A stretch of 64,000 nt of DNA from NCBI GenBank assembly GCA_012295275.1, contig CM022672.1, positions 34,968,001-35,032,000 on the forward strand, in the 5' to 3' direction. The translations under genes and the position numbers were made by a program. Shown here piece by piece: positions 28,172 to 40,686 of the stretch; the first letter of the stretch is position 1, and each line of letters starts with the position of its first letter. The stretch comes from Chrysomallon squamiferum (lineage: Eukaryota; Animalia; Mollusca). Under the pieces are notes generated by a model. It saw only the letters and a list, made by a program, of their open reading frames with translations. It did not search any database and was not told where the DNA came from.

Positions 28172-30611
28172 ATGTAATAAACGACACTCTGCTGTTTCCT
28201 CTCCCTGTGACACACAGACTGGGTCTTGTACTGGAGGATGTCAAGCTGGTTGGAGTGGAACTGATTGTACTCAAGGTGAGTACAAAATATTATTTTTCTT
28301 GATCATAGTTTTCTGAATTGTTTACTCATTAGCCCTATAAAATATTTTGGTGCTGCACTACTGTGATAAAGAATCTATAAATATTTGTTTACATTCTGGT
28401 TTCTGAGAAGTATGTTTGTTATTTTACTTTTTTATTTTCATAAATGTTGTTTTTATTTATTTTTTTAAATGGACTGATGTAATTAATGAGTGGAAATTTA
28501 TCAACACTCAAATAGTAAGAAAAGTATGACATCTGATATGAAGAACATATTGTAATGTAATAATAATCTTCATATACAGAGGAATTTGTTTAATTTAATT
28601 CTTCAATCAACAATATTTGAATCTGCTCCGTTTTAATATTTTTAACAGAAACTGCGATAAAGTGTTGTAGTTTTAGCAGGGTATAGTAGGGAGCGATTCT
28701 AAGAAAATGTTATCATTTATTTTAATAGTGGCTTTATTTAAATATTATTGCTGTTTCAGTGTGTGCATACTCTGTAACTTATGGTTAGAACGGTAAAAAA
28801 GTTGCAAGGATCGTCAGTGTCCTTTATCACTGATATATATATGTATATTGAACATATACTCAATATTTCTGGCTGCTTTTTGTTGTTACTCTGTACATCA
28901 TTTGCAGTGTTCATCAGTCGTTCATGCTTGGGAAATCTATATATTTTTGACTGATACATATTACTTTTACTGTTTGTATTATTTATCAATTTAATGGCTA
29001 ATTATATTTAATATAACGAAACAAATCAAACCGAATTTCAGAATGTAAAGAAGGACTGACTTATGGTTCTGGATGTTCAAAGCGATGTTCTGATCGTCAC
29101 TGTTTGGTTAACTCAACGTGTGATTCAAACACTGGAACATGTGTCGGAGGTTGTGAGCCAGGCTGGAGAAACACAGACTGTTCTGAAAGTAAGAGACACA
29201 AACTAAATATTTAGTCAAATGTTTTCATTCAGTTCCGTTCATCTTGTTTTTTATTCTATTATTTTATTCTGTCATAGATTGGTAACTAATAAGTTGTTTC
29301 TTATTTCAGTTTGTGTATGGGGCACTTACGGATTCAACTGTTCAAAGTCTTGTACAGACAGACGCTGTGACGGACAGTCAGATTGTAAACACACTGATGG
29401 TAAATGTAAAACAGGATGTAAACCTGGATGGAAAGGTGTTGACTGTACAGGTATATGTTCGTGTAAAAAAGTCTGATTTCTCCTTATTTTTTTATCTACT
29501 TATTTATTTGTGTGTTTGTTTGTTGTTGTTGTTGTTGTTGCTGCTGCTGTTTGTCAGATATAATCTGTATTGAATTATTCTAATTACGTATTTTTCATAT
29601 TCCCCATTTTAAATATTTTACATTAATATTACTGTATTTAAATTGCTGAAGGTTTTAAAACTGGCGACACTATACGTCCAGTAGTTTGTTACACGGTATT
29701 GCCTGGATTCCATCTTGCTCAAATATACTCAACAACAGAGAATTATTATGATATTTATTTCTCGAGTCACATCTACACTTAAATATTTGACGCTGTGTAT
29801 AAAGATTTAGTTGGATATGACATTCCAGTTTCATTTAAGACTTTGATTTGACAATAAAATGACAGCCTTGAAAAAAGTGTTTAATTTTATGATAAATTTT
29901 ACAAAACCAACACAAAACAGTCCGTTGATTATGAAACTGAAACAAAAAATATATACAGATGGAAATTGAAGCTAGAAATTATAAACAGCGATTCCAAATT
30001 AGCCTTTAGTGAAAAGCATCTTCTGTCTAATATATTTATGTTATGTTTACTATTCTCAAGTTTATGTGAAATAGGGATTAAATGAGTAACAGAAGAAGTA
30101 AATGTTTTTGTTTGTTTTACTGTAATAATAACATATAGCTTAAAAGCTTTGAGATTTTGAAAAAGAATTAGGAAAATTGATTTATCTCAGTCACAGTTTA
30201 GTGGCAGTGATATATACAGGATTGCTGAAAAATAGTTTTTCGCCAAAATAATTTTAAGAATAATTATTTTCCAGTCTCTATCCAAGAAGCAAAATGTACA
30301 GGAACATCAACTACAACGGCTTTGTCAGTCGTCACAGCTGTACTGACTTTGCTTTTCGTAATATCCGTTGTTTTTAATATCAGGTAAAAATGCTTATAAA
30401 TTCTTCAGCCAAATTAACTGTGTCATAATATACATGCACATCTTTATAGGTGATATAAACATATCTTTCTCAAAAAAGGTATTTACTGAATACTAAGGTG
30501 AAATATGTTTTATTTGATAATATATAATATTGCTATTATACATTCAGACAATATACATGTGTCATAAATCGACTTTAAATTTTTCTTTTAAAATCAATAT
30601 TAATAGCTGAA

Positions 30612-31905
30612 GTAAATCTGAATTTCGAGTATTGAGGGTCTATGAGTTCGATTTGCCAAACCCCAGATTTTTGGAGATCCTTGCAATACAGTCCGTACAA
30701 AGTTTTTTTGCTGTTTCTATACCTCCGTGATGTGCTCTTTAAGAATCTGAATGATGGCACAATTCAGCACAATATGCAAATTAAGGCCGCCATTACTGAA
30801 AATCTTGTTTTCGTCAATATCTCAGTAACTATGCATGGTATCAAAATAATTTTAGAGTCTATCCCCATGTTTAGAAGGGTAAAGAATCAGATTAAGGCAT
30901 TTCAGTCAAGATCACACCAATATTTTGTGCTGAATAGGCATATTAAGGCCGCCATTACTGAACATCTAATTTTGGTGTCTATACACATGTTTTTAGGGGT
31001 AAAGAATCAGATTAAACCTTTACAGTATTGATCACACCAATATTTTCTGGAAAATATGCAAAAATCAACTTCAGTGCATATCGGAGTCTTTACAGAACAT
31101 CCCCTTTACTTAAGCTGATGCATGTTGCCATTACTGATTTGACTCAGTCCTCAAACAAGTCACTTTCAACAACATTGTCACAGTCATCAACACGTCGGGT
31201 GTGCTCATTCCGACAGTGTGCTTCTCCGTGACATCCACAAAACTTTGTGCATGACAAGTGAGCAGAATAGCATCCACACAGTTTCACAACCTGAGAGGGC
31301 ATGGGCGGCTGGCAGTTGTGAAAGCAAGTGTCCATGTTCACTTGCAGTTGCCCCCAATGTCTATAGTAGTTCGTTCAGCACTTGGTCCTTCCACTGTAAG
31401 ACGACAGGTCAGGTTCAACTTTGCGTAGAAGTGCAGCAGGAGGACAAAAACGTCTGTGTCCTCACATACGATGTTGATTCTTTTCACGCCACTTTCAGCT
31501 GCCTTAACCATCTGCTGTATAATTATTACATCCGCTTCTTCGTGGCAAGTCATGAGATCTTCCCTACGGAAGACAATGCCATCCTGAATTACAACTGGTA
31601 CAGAGTCAGTAGAGGTAATGACCATACTGTGATCTTGACTGAAATGGCTTAATCTGATTCTTTACCCCTCAACACATGGGGATAGACACCAAAATTATTT
31701 TGATACCATGCATAGTTACTGAGATATTGACGAAAACAAGATTTTCAGTAATGGCGGCCTTAATTTGCATATTGTGCAGATTGCTCAAGGATGACAGAGT
31801 GGTATCATTCAGATCCTTAAAAAGCACATCTCAGAGGTATAGAAACAGCAAAAAAAACTTTGTACGGACCGCAATGCACGCTTATTGGTCCCTGCCACCG
31901 GACTA
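30612..31905 (-). mobile_element. Internally deleted DNA transposon with long inverted repeats, AcademX-like (XPG-type nuclease fragment + Cys-rich finger)
   Basis: Absent from the homologous intron of paralog 1 (~18530). Imperfect inverted repeats 30682-30916 and 31628-31878. Internal minus-strand fragments 31338-31625 (HEEADVIII...VCEDTDVFVLLLH, XPG/FEN1-like acidic motifs) and 31144-31341 (CYSAHLSCTKFCGCHGEAHCRN). Right end ...GGACTA. Superfamily assigned from recalled domain architecture, not from a search. Confidence 0.75.
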
Positions 31906-32330
31906 TATTAATTATCTGTGTAACAGTACCTCTCCGTGTATTATATTTTAATTATATACAATTTGCATTTACTAACTGATAACATAAAAAGGAATACATT
32001 TTCAGGATGGCTCTGATCATACGAAAACGACCATCCTCTACTGAACATTCAGTATCATTTGCTAAAAACAACAACAGTCAACCAAGGACAGCAGCTACTC
32101 CGTCATCAGTGTACGAAGTATTTGATGAAGACGTCAATATCATCACACCACCAAATCACAGTGACACTCAAACAGTTTCATCAGGTGATGCGGAGACAAG
32201 TTATGTAAACACTTCACATCAAGAAGATCTCAATACTCAAGAAATACACGATTATGATAAACTAGATATTGATGTTGTTGGACAGAGATCTCCATACGAG
32301 AAAATAAAAAAGTAATATATATATACGCAG

Positions 32331-32363
<33 letters not shown>

Positions 32364-32400
32364 CATACACACACACACATATACATATATATATATACAA

Positions 32401-32456
<56 letters not shown>

Positions 32457-32760
32457 GGATATGGATATAGATTTCGGTATAGATATAAATAGATAGATAC
32501 AGAGAGATCGCGTTCAAATACAGATTGTATGGGTACTGGCAAAATGATTTATTAATTATGTTAGTAATGTTTCTAAAACAGATACACTATAATAATGTAG
32601 ACTGTAATTTGATAAAAGAAAGATTTCTGTAAATACTATGACCAATATAAATCATTTTAATCATTTTGTTATAGAAATGTAAATATATTTCTAGATGTGT
32701 ATTGTCCAAATTAACAGAGAGGCTCTGAAAACAAACATTTTATTAAACGTCTGACATCGC

Positions 32761-33660
32761 TCATTGTGAATATTTAGTAACATACTATCGTTAGAACAGT
32801 AAATTATTTATGTATTCATTGTGAATATTTAGTAACACAGTCTCGTTAGTACAGTAAATTATTTATGTATTCATTGTGAGTATTTAGTAACACAGTCTCG
32901 TTAGAATAGTAAATTATTTCTGTATTCATTGTGAATATTTAGTAACAGTCGCGTTAGAACAGTAAATTATTTATGTATTCATTGTGAGTATTTAGTAACA
33001 CAGTCTCGTTAGAATAGTAAATTATTTCTGTATTCATTGTGAATATTTAGTAACAGTCGCGTTAGAACAGTAAATTATTTATGTATTCATTGTGAATATT
33101 TAGTAACAGTCTCTTTAGAACAGTAAATTAATTATGTATTCATTGTGAATATTTAGTAACAGTCTCTTTAGAACAGTAAATTAATTATGTATTCATTGTG
33201 AATATTTAGTAACACAGTCTCGTTAGAACAGTAAGTTATTTATGTATTCATTGTGAATATTTAGTAACACAGTCTCGTTAGAACAGTAAATTATTTTTGT
33301 ATTCATTGTGAATATTTGGTAACAGTCTCGTTAGAAAAGTAAATTATTTTTGTATTCATTGTGAATATTTAATAACAGTCTCTTTGGAACAGTAAATTAT
33401 TTTTGTATTCATTGTGAATATTTAGTAACAGTCTCGTTAGAACAGTAAGTTATTTATGTATTCATTGTGAATATTTAGTAACACAGTCTCGTTAGAACAG
33501 TAAGTTATTTATGTATTCATTGTGAATATTTAGTAACATAGTCTCTTTAGAACAGTAAGTTATTTATGTATTCATTGTGAATATTTAGTAACACAGTCTC
33601 GTTAGAACAGTAAGTTATTTATGTATTCATTGTGAATATTTAGTCACAGTGTCGTTAGAA
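32761..33660. repeat. 53-55-bp minisatellite (~17 copies) in the putative 3' UTR of paralog 2
   Basis: Same unit as at 19258, strongly expanded. Confidence 0.93.
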
Positions 33661-36600
33661 CTCAGAACTCTTCGTTTTCTTTCTTATAAGCAGCTGAAGC
33701 TCACCTGAGAAGAAAACGTGGTGTAATATTTTACGTTGCAAATAAACATAATCAAGTATTAGTATAGCATATTTTGTGGATTTTGAATAAGTTTCACCGA
33801 GTAGTTTGCGCTGTATACAACAGTTTAATCGTTAATTTAATACACGAATGGAGACCAATTTTATGAGACACAATATGATGATTCACATACAATAACGTAA
33901 CACAGTATACAATAGTGTAAATGTTACAGTGATATAAGTGTGGAGATTAATCTAGTTTATATGAGTGACAGGATGATGATTCAAATAGCCGGATCAAGAC
34001 TGCAGTGAACATTCTGACACTAGCCACTTACGAAAGATTTAATAAACTAATAATGTGTTATTTTGTTTATGTTCATGGCGCCTCACATAACTGACACAGA
34101 CGAGTTAGAAGAACTCATGAACTGATATCAGATATTAATAAAGCAACAAGATGTAAATTATTATGATAAACATGAGTTGTAAGTGCTATGTTATTATGAA
34201 CTAGGTAAATGCAGTTCAGAGTGATTTGTTATAGCTGTATTGCTTTGAATATAGAAATCAATCTTCGGCGAAGAACTCTCATTTCTTTGTTTCGCAACAA
34301 GCTAAATAAAATGTTTAAATGCAACTACAAAGTGCTTTATATAGCGATTTTTATAAAATGTTACAGTTTTCAAAAAACATTTCACTTTATCTGTTTTCTT
34401 TTCTTTTATGTTTAATAAGTACGACGTGGCTCACAAATATACAGATTTATGTTTCTTAAATCTTTACAGAAGGTTTACAAGGAATTTTATGTTTTCAGGG
34501 TATTTTCAAACGATATTAAAACTATCTTTACCAGCTTTACAACTGAAATAATAGTCATGTCATAGTTGTAACAAGTCCTATTTCAGAATTATTTCCCATG
34601 AGATGTTTGATTACCTCAAACAGTAATCAGACAGAAACTAGAGAACATTACACACATTTAGTGACAGACGAATCCAAGTAATATTATGTTACAGACAAGG
34701 CACGTATGTGTGCTTATTTCTGTGTTTCTGATTTAGTTAATTATTCTGTATGTAGATTATTTATCAGAACCATTCTTTCATTAAATATATTTTCACACAA
34801 CTGAAATTCGTTTATATGTGGATAGAGCTATCATGTGGAAGAATGTATATGTGTGTGCGTTGTAGATGTATATATCTAATAAACAGAGAATATACACACG
34901 CACATACACACAAATATACACGTTTACATACATATATCTGCACACGCAGACACACATATGCACATATACACTCACTACAAACATACATACAAAGTTTCCA
35001 TTTTATTTTTATTCACATTACAGTTGTATATTTATTACGTTTATTTATAAACTTCACCTCATGTTAAAACAGATCTGATTTATGTAAAATGTAAAGGCTA
35101 AAGACTTTAGTAATTAATATGTTAAGTACTATAATGTGATATTAATATATTTTGGTTATTATAAAGTTAAAAACGTACTATCATATTACACACACACAAA
35201 CACACACACACACACGAACAGACAAACACACACACACACAAACACACACACAGTCACAAACACACACACACACACTCACAACTGCTGGGTCCTTCCTGTA
35301 TATCTTGAAATGGCCAGCTTAACATTGATAAATACGTACAGAAACACACACACAGCCACACACGCATACACACACACGCACACACACATACACACACACA
35401 TACACACACATTCACACACACAAACACACACACACATTCACACACACATACATACGCACACATACATACATACATTCACACACATAAACACATTCACACA
35501 CACATACACACACATACATACACACACATAACACATTCACACACATACATACACACACATAAACACATTCACACACACATACACACATACACACACACAC
35601 ACACATACACACACTCACACACACATACACACACACACTCACACAAACACACACGTTGAAGATTGACTTGACGGCCGTGCGGTAACATCGTCCACCTTCG
35701 AGTGTCTTACGTTCGAGTCTCGTCAGCGGCATTTTGACGATGTTTGTGAGGTCGTGATTGGACTTTGTCCTCCTGCGCCTGATAATTGTCGGATAATGCA
35801 GTGACTAACCAGACGTACATAAGTCAGAGAACGTTCAGTCATAAAATAGATATATGTGCATTGCATATGCTGAACAAAAAATAGTTATAGACTAGCATAC
35901 GTATGAATAGTGCCATTGAAATAGGAAGAGATTACTCTTCAATGGGGACACTCCGCTAGCTCGTTTCATACATGTACCCAGTCATGCGTGTCCTAGATTC
36001 GTGTTGTGAATCACATTAAGTGCTGAACTCTTAGCTTGAAACTTTTTTCTCGTTATAGAAGAGTCAACTGATCTGTTTTCACTACACTCGACCTAGTCCT
36101 CTGTTATGTCTGAAAGAAAACTTACGGAGAAGTAAAAGATTATGCATCATAGTGGCGTTCTTTTCATATACCTTGGTGTATTAATAGTATTTTTATATTA
36201 CAGTAAATACTTCAGTTCTTATTATTATTATCTGTTTTATCGCAAGAACAGTGACGACATAGCAGTATTTTGAGTCAATCGCTCTAGGTCAAACAAACAG
36301 TTAAGCTTTTTCTTTTATTATTAGATGAATTCAGCAGTATTCTGTGATGTATAAACACACCCACTCACACGCACAGTTACAAACATAACAGTTGACAATA
36401 CAGGGATATTGCGACACTAGTCTGATAAGAGAAAGTATATGAAAAGATTTCTGTCAGTTGTGACCTAATTACAGCAGTAAAACCCGTATTCCTAGATCCA
36501 AATTTAACCTTAGTGTGTTTAATTTAACAGAAACACTCTCCATTTTTCAAATCATATGAACTTTGTACCAGAATATATTACATGGTGTTTTTGTCTTTTG

Positions 36601-37176
36601 TCATTGGTGAGTCATGAAAACGAGTCTTGTGTCAGCTCGCAGTTTTACTTCAGGTTTGGTTTCTCTGTGAAACATTTTCACTATGGCTGGGTGCTGGATA
36701 AATCTTCAGTTTCTAGTTTGTTGTTTAATTTTGCAGTCAGGAAAGACTACAGCTGGATATAGTAAGTAATAAAATATTTGTATTTGTGAAACATTTACAG
36801 GATATACGAATATTTATTACTTTTAATTTATAATGATACTGGTAAATATTTTAAGAAGGTTGCAAAAAAGATTTATTTTTCTTCCTTTGTTATTATTATT
36901 ATAAATTTTGTTGTTGTGGTTGTTGTTGCAGGTGTTTACGGTGATGAACATGATTCAGACAATTATATACATTATGTATGAGGAACGTTACGTTTCATTA
37001 AACATGAATATATATTTCAGAAAAGCGGTATATATAAAAACAAATCGTTTAAGAATATATTTTCGCAATGTTACTACTTAAATTAATTTTATTCCTTTTA
37101 TTAAGCATTAAGAAATCATATGAAAGAAAACGTTAAACATTTGTAGTATGTCTATCTATCTACCTACCTACCTACC

Positions 37177-37281
<105 letters not shown>

Positions 37282-38190
37282 GTATGTATGTAGCTCTGTA
37301 TCTATGTATATATGTATGTATGCATGCATGCATGCATGTATGTATGTATGTATGTGTGTCTGTCTGTATGTATGTATGTATGTATGTATGTATATATGTA
37401 TGTATGTATGTATATATCCACACAATGAAGTGACTTACTTGTTAATTTGTGAAGCATGTTAATATTCAGCTGTCATTAAAGATTTTTCCGCTGCTATCAA
37501 ATACTTACACTGAGTGTCGGAAAATAAACATCAAAGTTGAAAATGTCTGTATAATAGTGAATTTTTACATCTTTATTATAGCTAGTACACATACTTCCTT
37601 TAATTCTATTCTTATTTATTTTTAAAAAATCTACTAAGAAATCAATTTTAGTTTATATGACTGGCTTTTGTTATTAACATATTCAAGAAACGGTAGCTAT
37701 AAAAGCAATAGTAACTTGATCATAGCTGACACTGGTTGAAATAATAACAATAACAGAGATAGAGTCGTAACCAACTGTTTACACTTCTACACTAAATATA
37801 ATGATAAAAATTAGTATTATCAGCAATAAGATCTTCATAAGCACTGCATAGTTTATACAAGTATTTGTGAATACTGAGACGGTCAGGTTGATTCCAGATC
37901 CACTGGAGAAAACAAAATTACAATAATTATTATAGTTTCTTTACCATTAAGAGCAACTTTCGAAGTTCACTGAAGAGAAAAAAACAACAAAAAATCATTG
38001 AAATTATAGATGTACAAAACTAAATAACTGTCTTACGTAATAACAAGAACGCTCCTATATTTTCATCTCATGTGATTTCACCGAGCACAATTCTAACTTA
38101 AAAGCTTTTTGTTACGACTCTTTACCGTCTGAAAAACAAACGTGGATTTGTTTGACAAATTCCTTCTTTCCTCAACCTCCTACTCCCTCC

Positions 38191-38266
<76 letters not shown>

Positions 38267-39652
38267 GTGTAAATCTATCACTCGTTCGCTTCATTTCCTG
38301 TATACATAAATGTGTTTTTCTTTTGCTGTTCGAACATCCGTGTTCTTTGACCCAAATTTAACACACACTTCTGAAAAGGAAAGACACGAACGGAAATACA
38401 AACGGAACATTAACAGATAGACAGACCAGCTGACTCACTGAAACGCGACTAGATACACACAAACATTCAGTCATATATGTCGCGTTTTCACCACAGATTT
38501 TAATAAAACTAAAGACAAACTGAGTCTTACTCTTAAACTGTGTTACTGTTTTGTTCACAAATCAGACTGATAAATTTTTTATCATTTTACAAAGTTAAGA
38601 AAGATAATTTTACTTCCTTATTTATTACACAGGATAACGACTGCAACGCTTTTGTTATTTGATTAAATCTTAATGCTAATTATTATTATTCAAAAACTAC
38701 TTTTAACTTACTCTGACAAAAATAAACATTCTAAAACAGAATTTTGCGAATAAGATTTATTTTCGTTGTTGTAGTTATGTAGTTACAGGTAGTGCGATGG
38801 TAAGATAAAAAAGTAAAAAAAATCAGATATCAAAATCGTGTAGCAGGAAGATGTAAGGTTTCAGTAGATATGAAAACATTTCAAAACAGCGATTTGAATG
38901 TAAACAAGTCGAGCTTTGGTTGTATTGTTTTTGTTGTATAAACTCTGACATATGTATAGAGTTATGAATAATAATTAATTTATTAATTAATTAACTTTAT
39001 AAATGTTGATAGTTAATAATAGCCATTAACTCATTTTTATTAATATAATTTTGTCCTCTTTAATGTAAATCTGCTGTTTATTATTACTGCGTTTTGAAAC
39101 GATTAAATCATACAACATATATTAACACAATTTAACAACATAAATTAATTCCACTGCATATCTATATCTATATTTATATATCTATATATATATATATGAC
39201 AGTAAACAAAAAAAAACATACAGTTTAAGTAGTGTATTAATGACTCTGCATTAGTTTACTTACCTGAACAGCACAGTAAAAACATAAACACACGCTAATA
39301 ACAAATACTTATATTCTGTTTTTCTCAGAATAACATCACTTTCGAATGTTCCTTTATAATCTATAATCTTCTTACAACATGACTATATCAGACAGAAGAC
39401 ACCCATATTTATTTGTAAATGTATGATTGTAAGAAAATGTAAGTAAAATAATTATTGTAGATACAAATATTTGTTTCTGCTACTGAAGTAGTAATTTACT
39501 CTAGTCATTCATTCATTCATTCATTCATTTATATATGCAATATTTTTCAGTAAACGTAGCTCGGAATAAAACTGCATATCAAAATTCTTATGAGTCGGGT
39601 TATGAAAAACTTGCTTCACGAGGCGTTGATGGAGAAACCAGTGGAGACTGGA

Positions 39653-40686
39653 GTAGAGTTATACACACAGACACAAACCAGACTTACACGTGGTGGGAAG
39701 TAGAGTTATACACACAGATACAAACCAGTCTTACACGTGGTGGGAAGTAGAGTTATACACACAGACACAAACCAGACTTACACGTGGTGGGAAGTAGAAT
39801 TATACACACAGCTACAAACCAGCCTTACACGTGGTGGGAAGTAGAGTTATACACACAGACACAAACCAGTCTTACACGTGGTGGGAAGTAGAGTTATACA
39901 CACAGACACAAACCAGCCTTACACGTGGTGGGAAGTAGAGTTATACACACAGATACAAACCAGTCTTACACGTGGTGGGAAGTAGAGTTATACACACAGA
40001 CACAAACCAGTCTTACACGTGGTGGGAAGTAGAGTTATACACACAGACACAAACCAGTCTTACACGTGGTGGGAAGTAGAGTTATACACACAGATACAAA
40101 CCAGTCTTACACGTGGTGGGAAGTAGAGTTATACACACAGACACAAACCAGCCTTACACGTGGTGGGAAGTAGAGTTATACACACAGATACAAACCAGTC
40201 TTACACGTGGTGGGAAGTAGAGTTATACACACAGACACAAACCAGCCTTACACGTGGTGGGAAGTAGAGTTATACACACAGACACAAACCAGCCTTACAC
40301 GTGGTGGGAAGTAGAGTTATACACACAGACACAAACCAGCCTTACACGTGGTGGGAAGTAGAGTTATACACACAGATACAAACCAGTCTTACACGTGGTG
40401 GGAAGTAGAGTTATACACACAGACACAAACCAGACTTACACGTGGTGGGAAGTAGAATTATACACACAGCTACAAACCAGCCTTACACGTGGTGGGAAGT
40501 AGAGTTATACACACAGACACAAACCAGTCTTACACGTGGTGGGAAGTAGAGTTATACACACAGATACAAACCAGCCTTACACGTGGTGGGAAGTAGAGTT
40601 ATACACACAGATACAAACCAGTCTTACACGTGGTGGGAAGTAGAGTTATACACACAGCTACAAACCAGCCTTACACTTGGTGGGAA
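39653..40686 (+). repeat. 47-bp intra-exonic tandem repeat x22 derived from lectin coding sequence (RVIHTDTNQPYTWWE)
   Basis: Unit gtagagttatacacacagacacaaaccagccttacacgtggtgggaa; 1034 bp = 22 x 47; present as a single copy in the other three paralogs. Confidence 0.97.

Larger units (their letters stand above)
22023..32315 (+). pseudogene. Paralog 2: FTLD-EGF-TM-ITAM receptor, probably disabled (second lectin exon truncated)
   Basis: Exons 22023-22101; 25201-25407; 26584-~26757 (17-bp duplication, TGA at 26754-26756, donor deleted); 28132-28275 (one Cys to Ser); degenerate exon from 28760 (in-frame TAG, truncated); 29042-29188; 29310-29450; TM 30275-30383; tail 32006-32315 intact. Confidence 0.8.

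Noticed and set aside
27118-28302. Long ORFs with (SHCFKESVNIFQYVRLVCMVLTVT)n; also 43575-44009 and 63099-63542
   Set aside because: Off-frame read-through of the 72-bp acceptor repeat; the real exon frame is CQTGVYGSNC.
30642-31031. ORFs 30642-31031, 31218-31652 and 31676-31951 on the + strand
   Set aside because: They lie in transposon inverted repeats or antisense to the nuclease fragment and show no protein features.
39653-40686. CRISPR-like regular array
   Set aside because: Units are contiguous with no unique spacers, derive from the host exon, and there are no cas genes; the context is eukaryotic.
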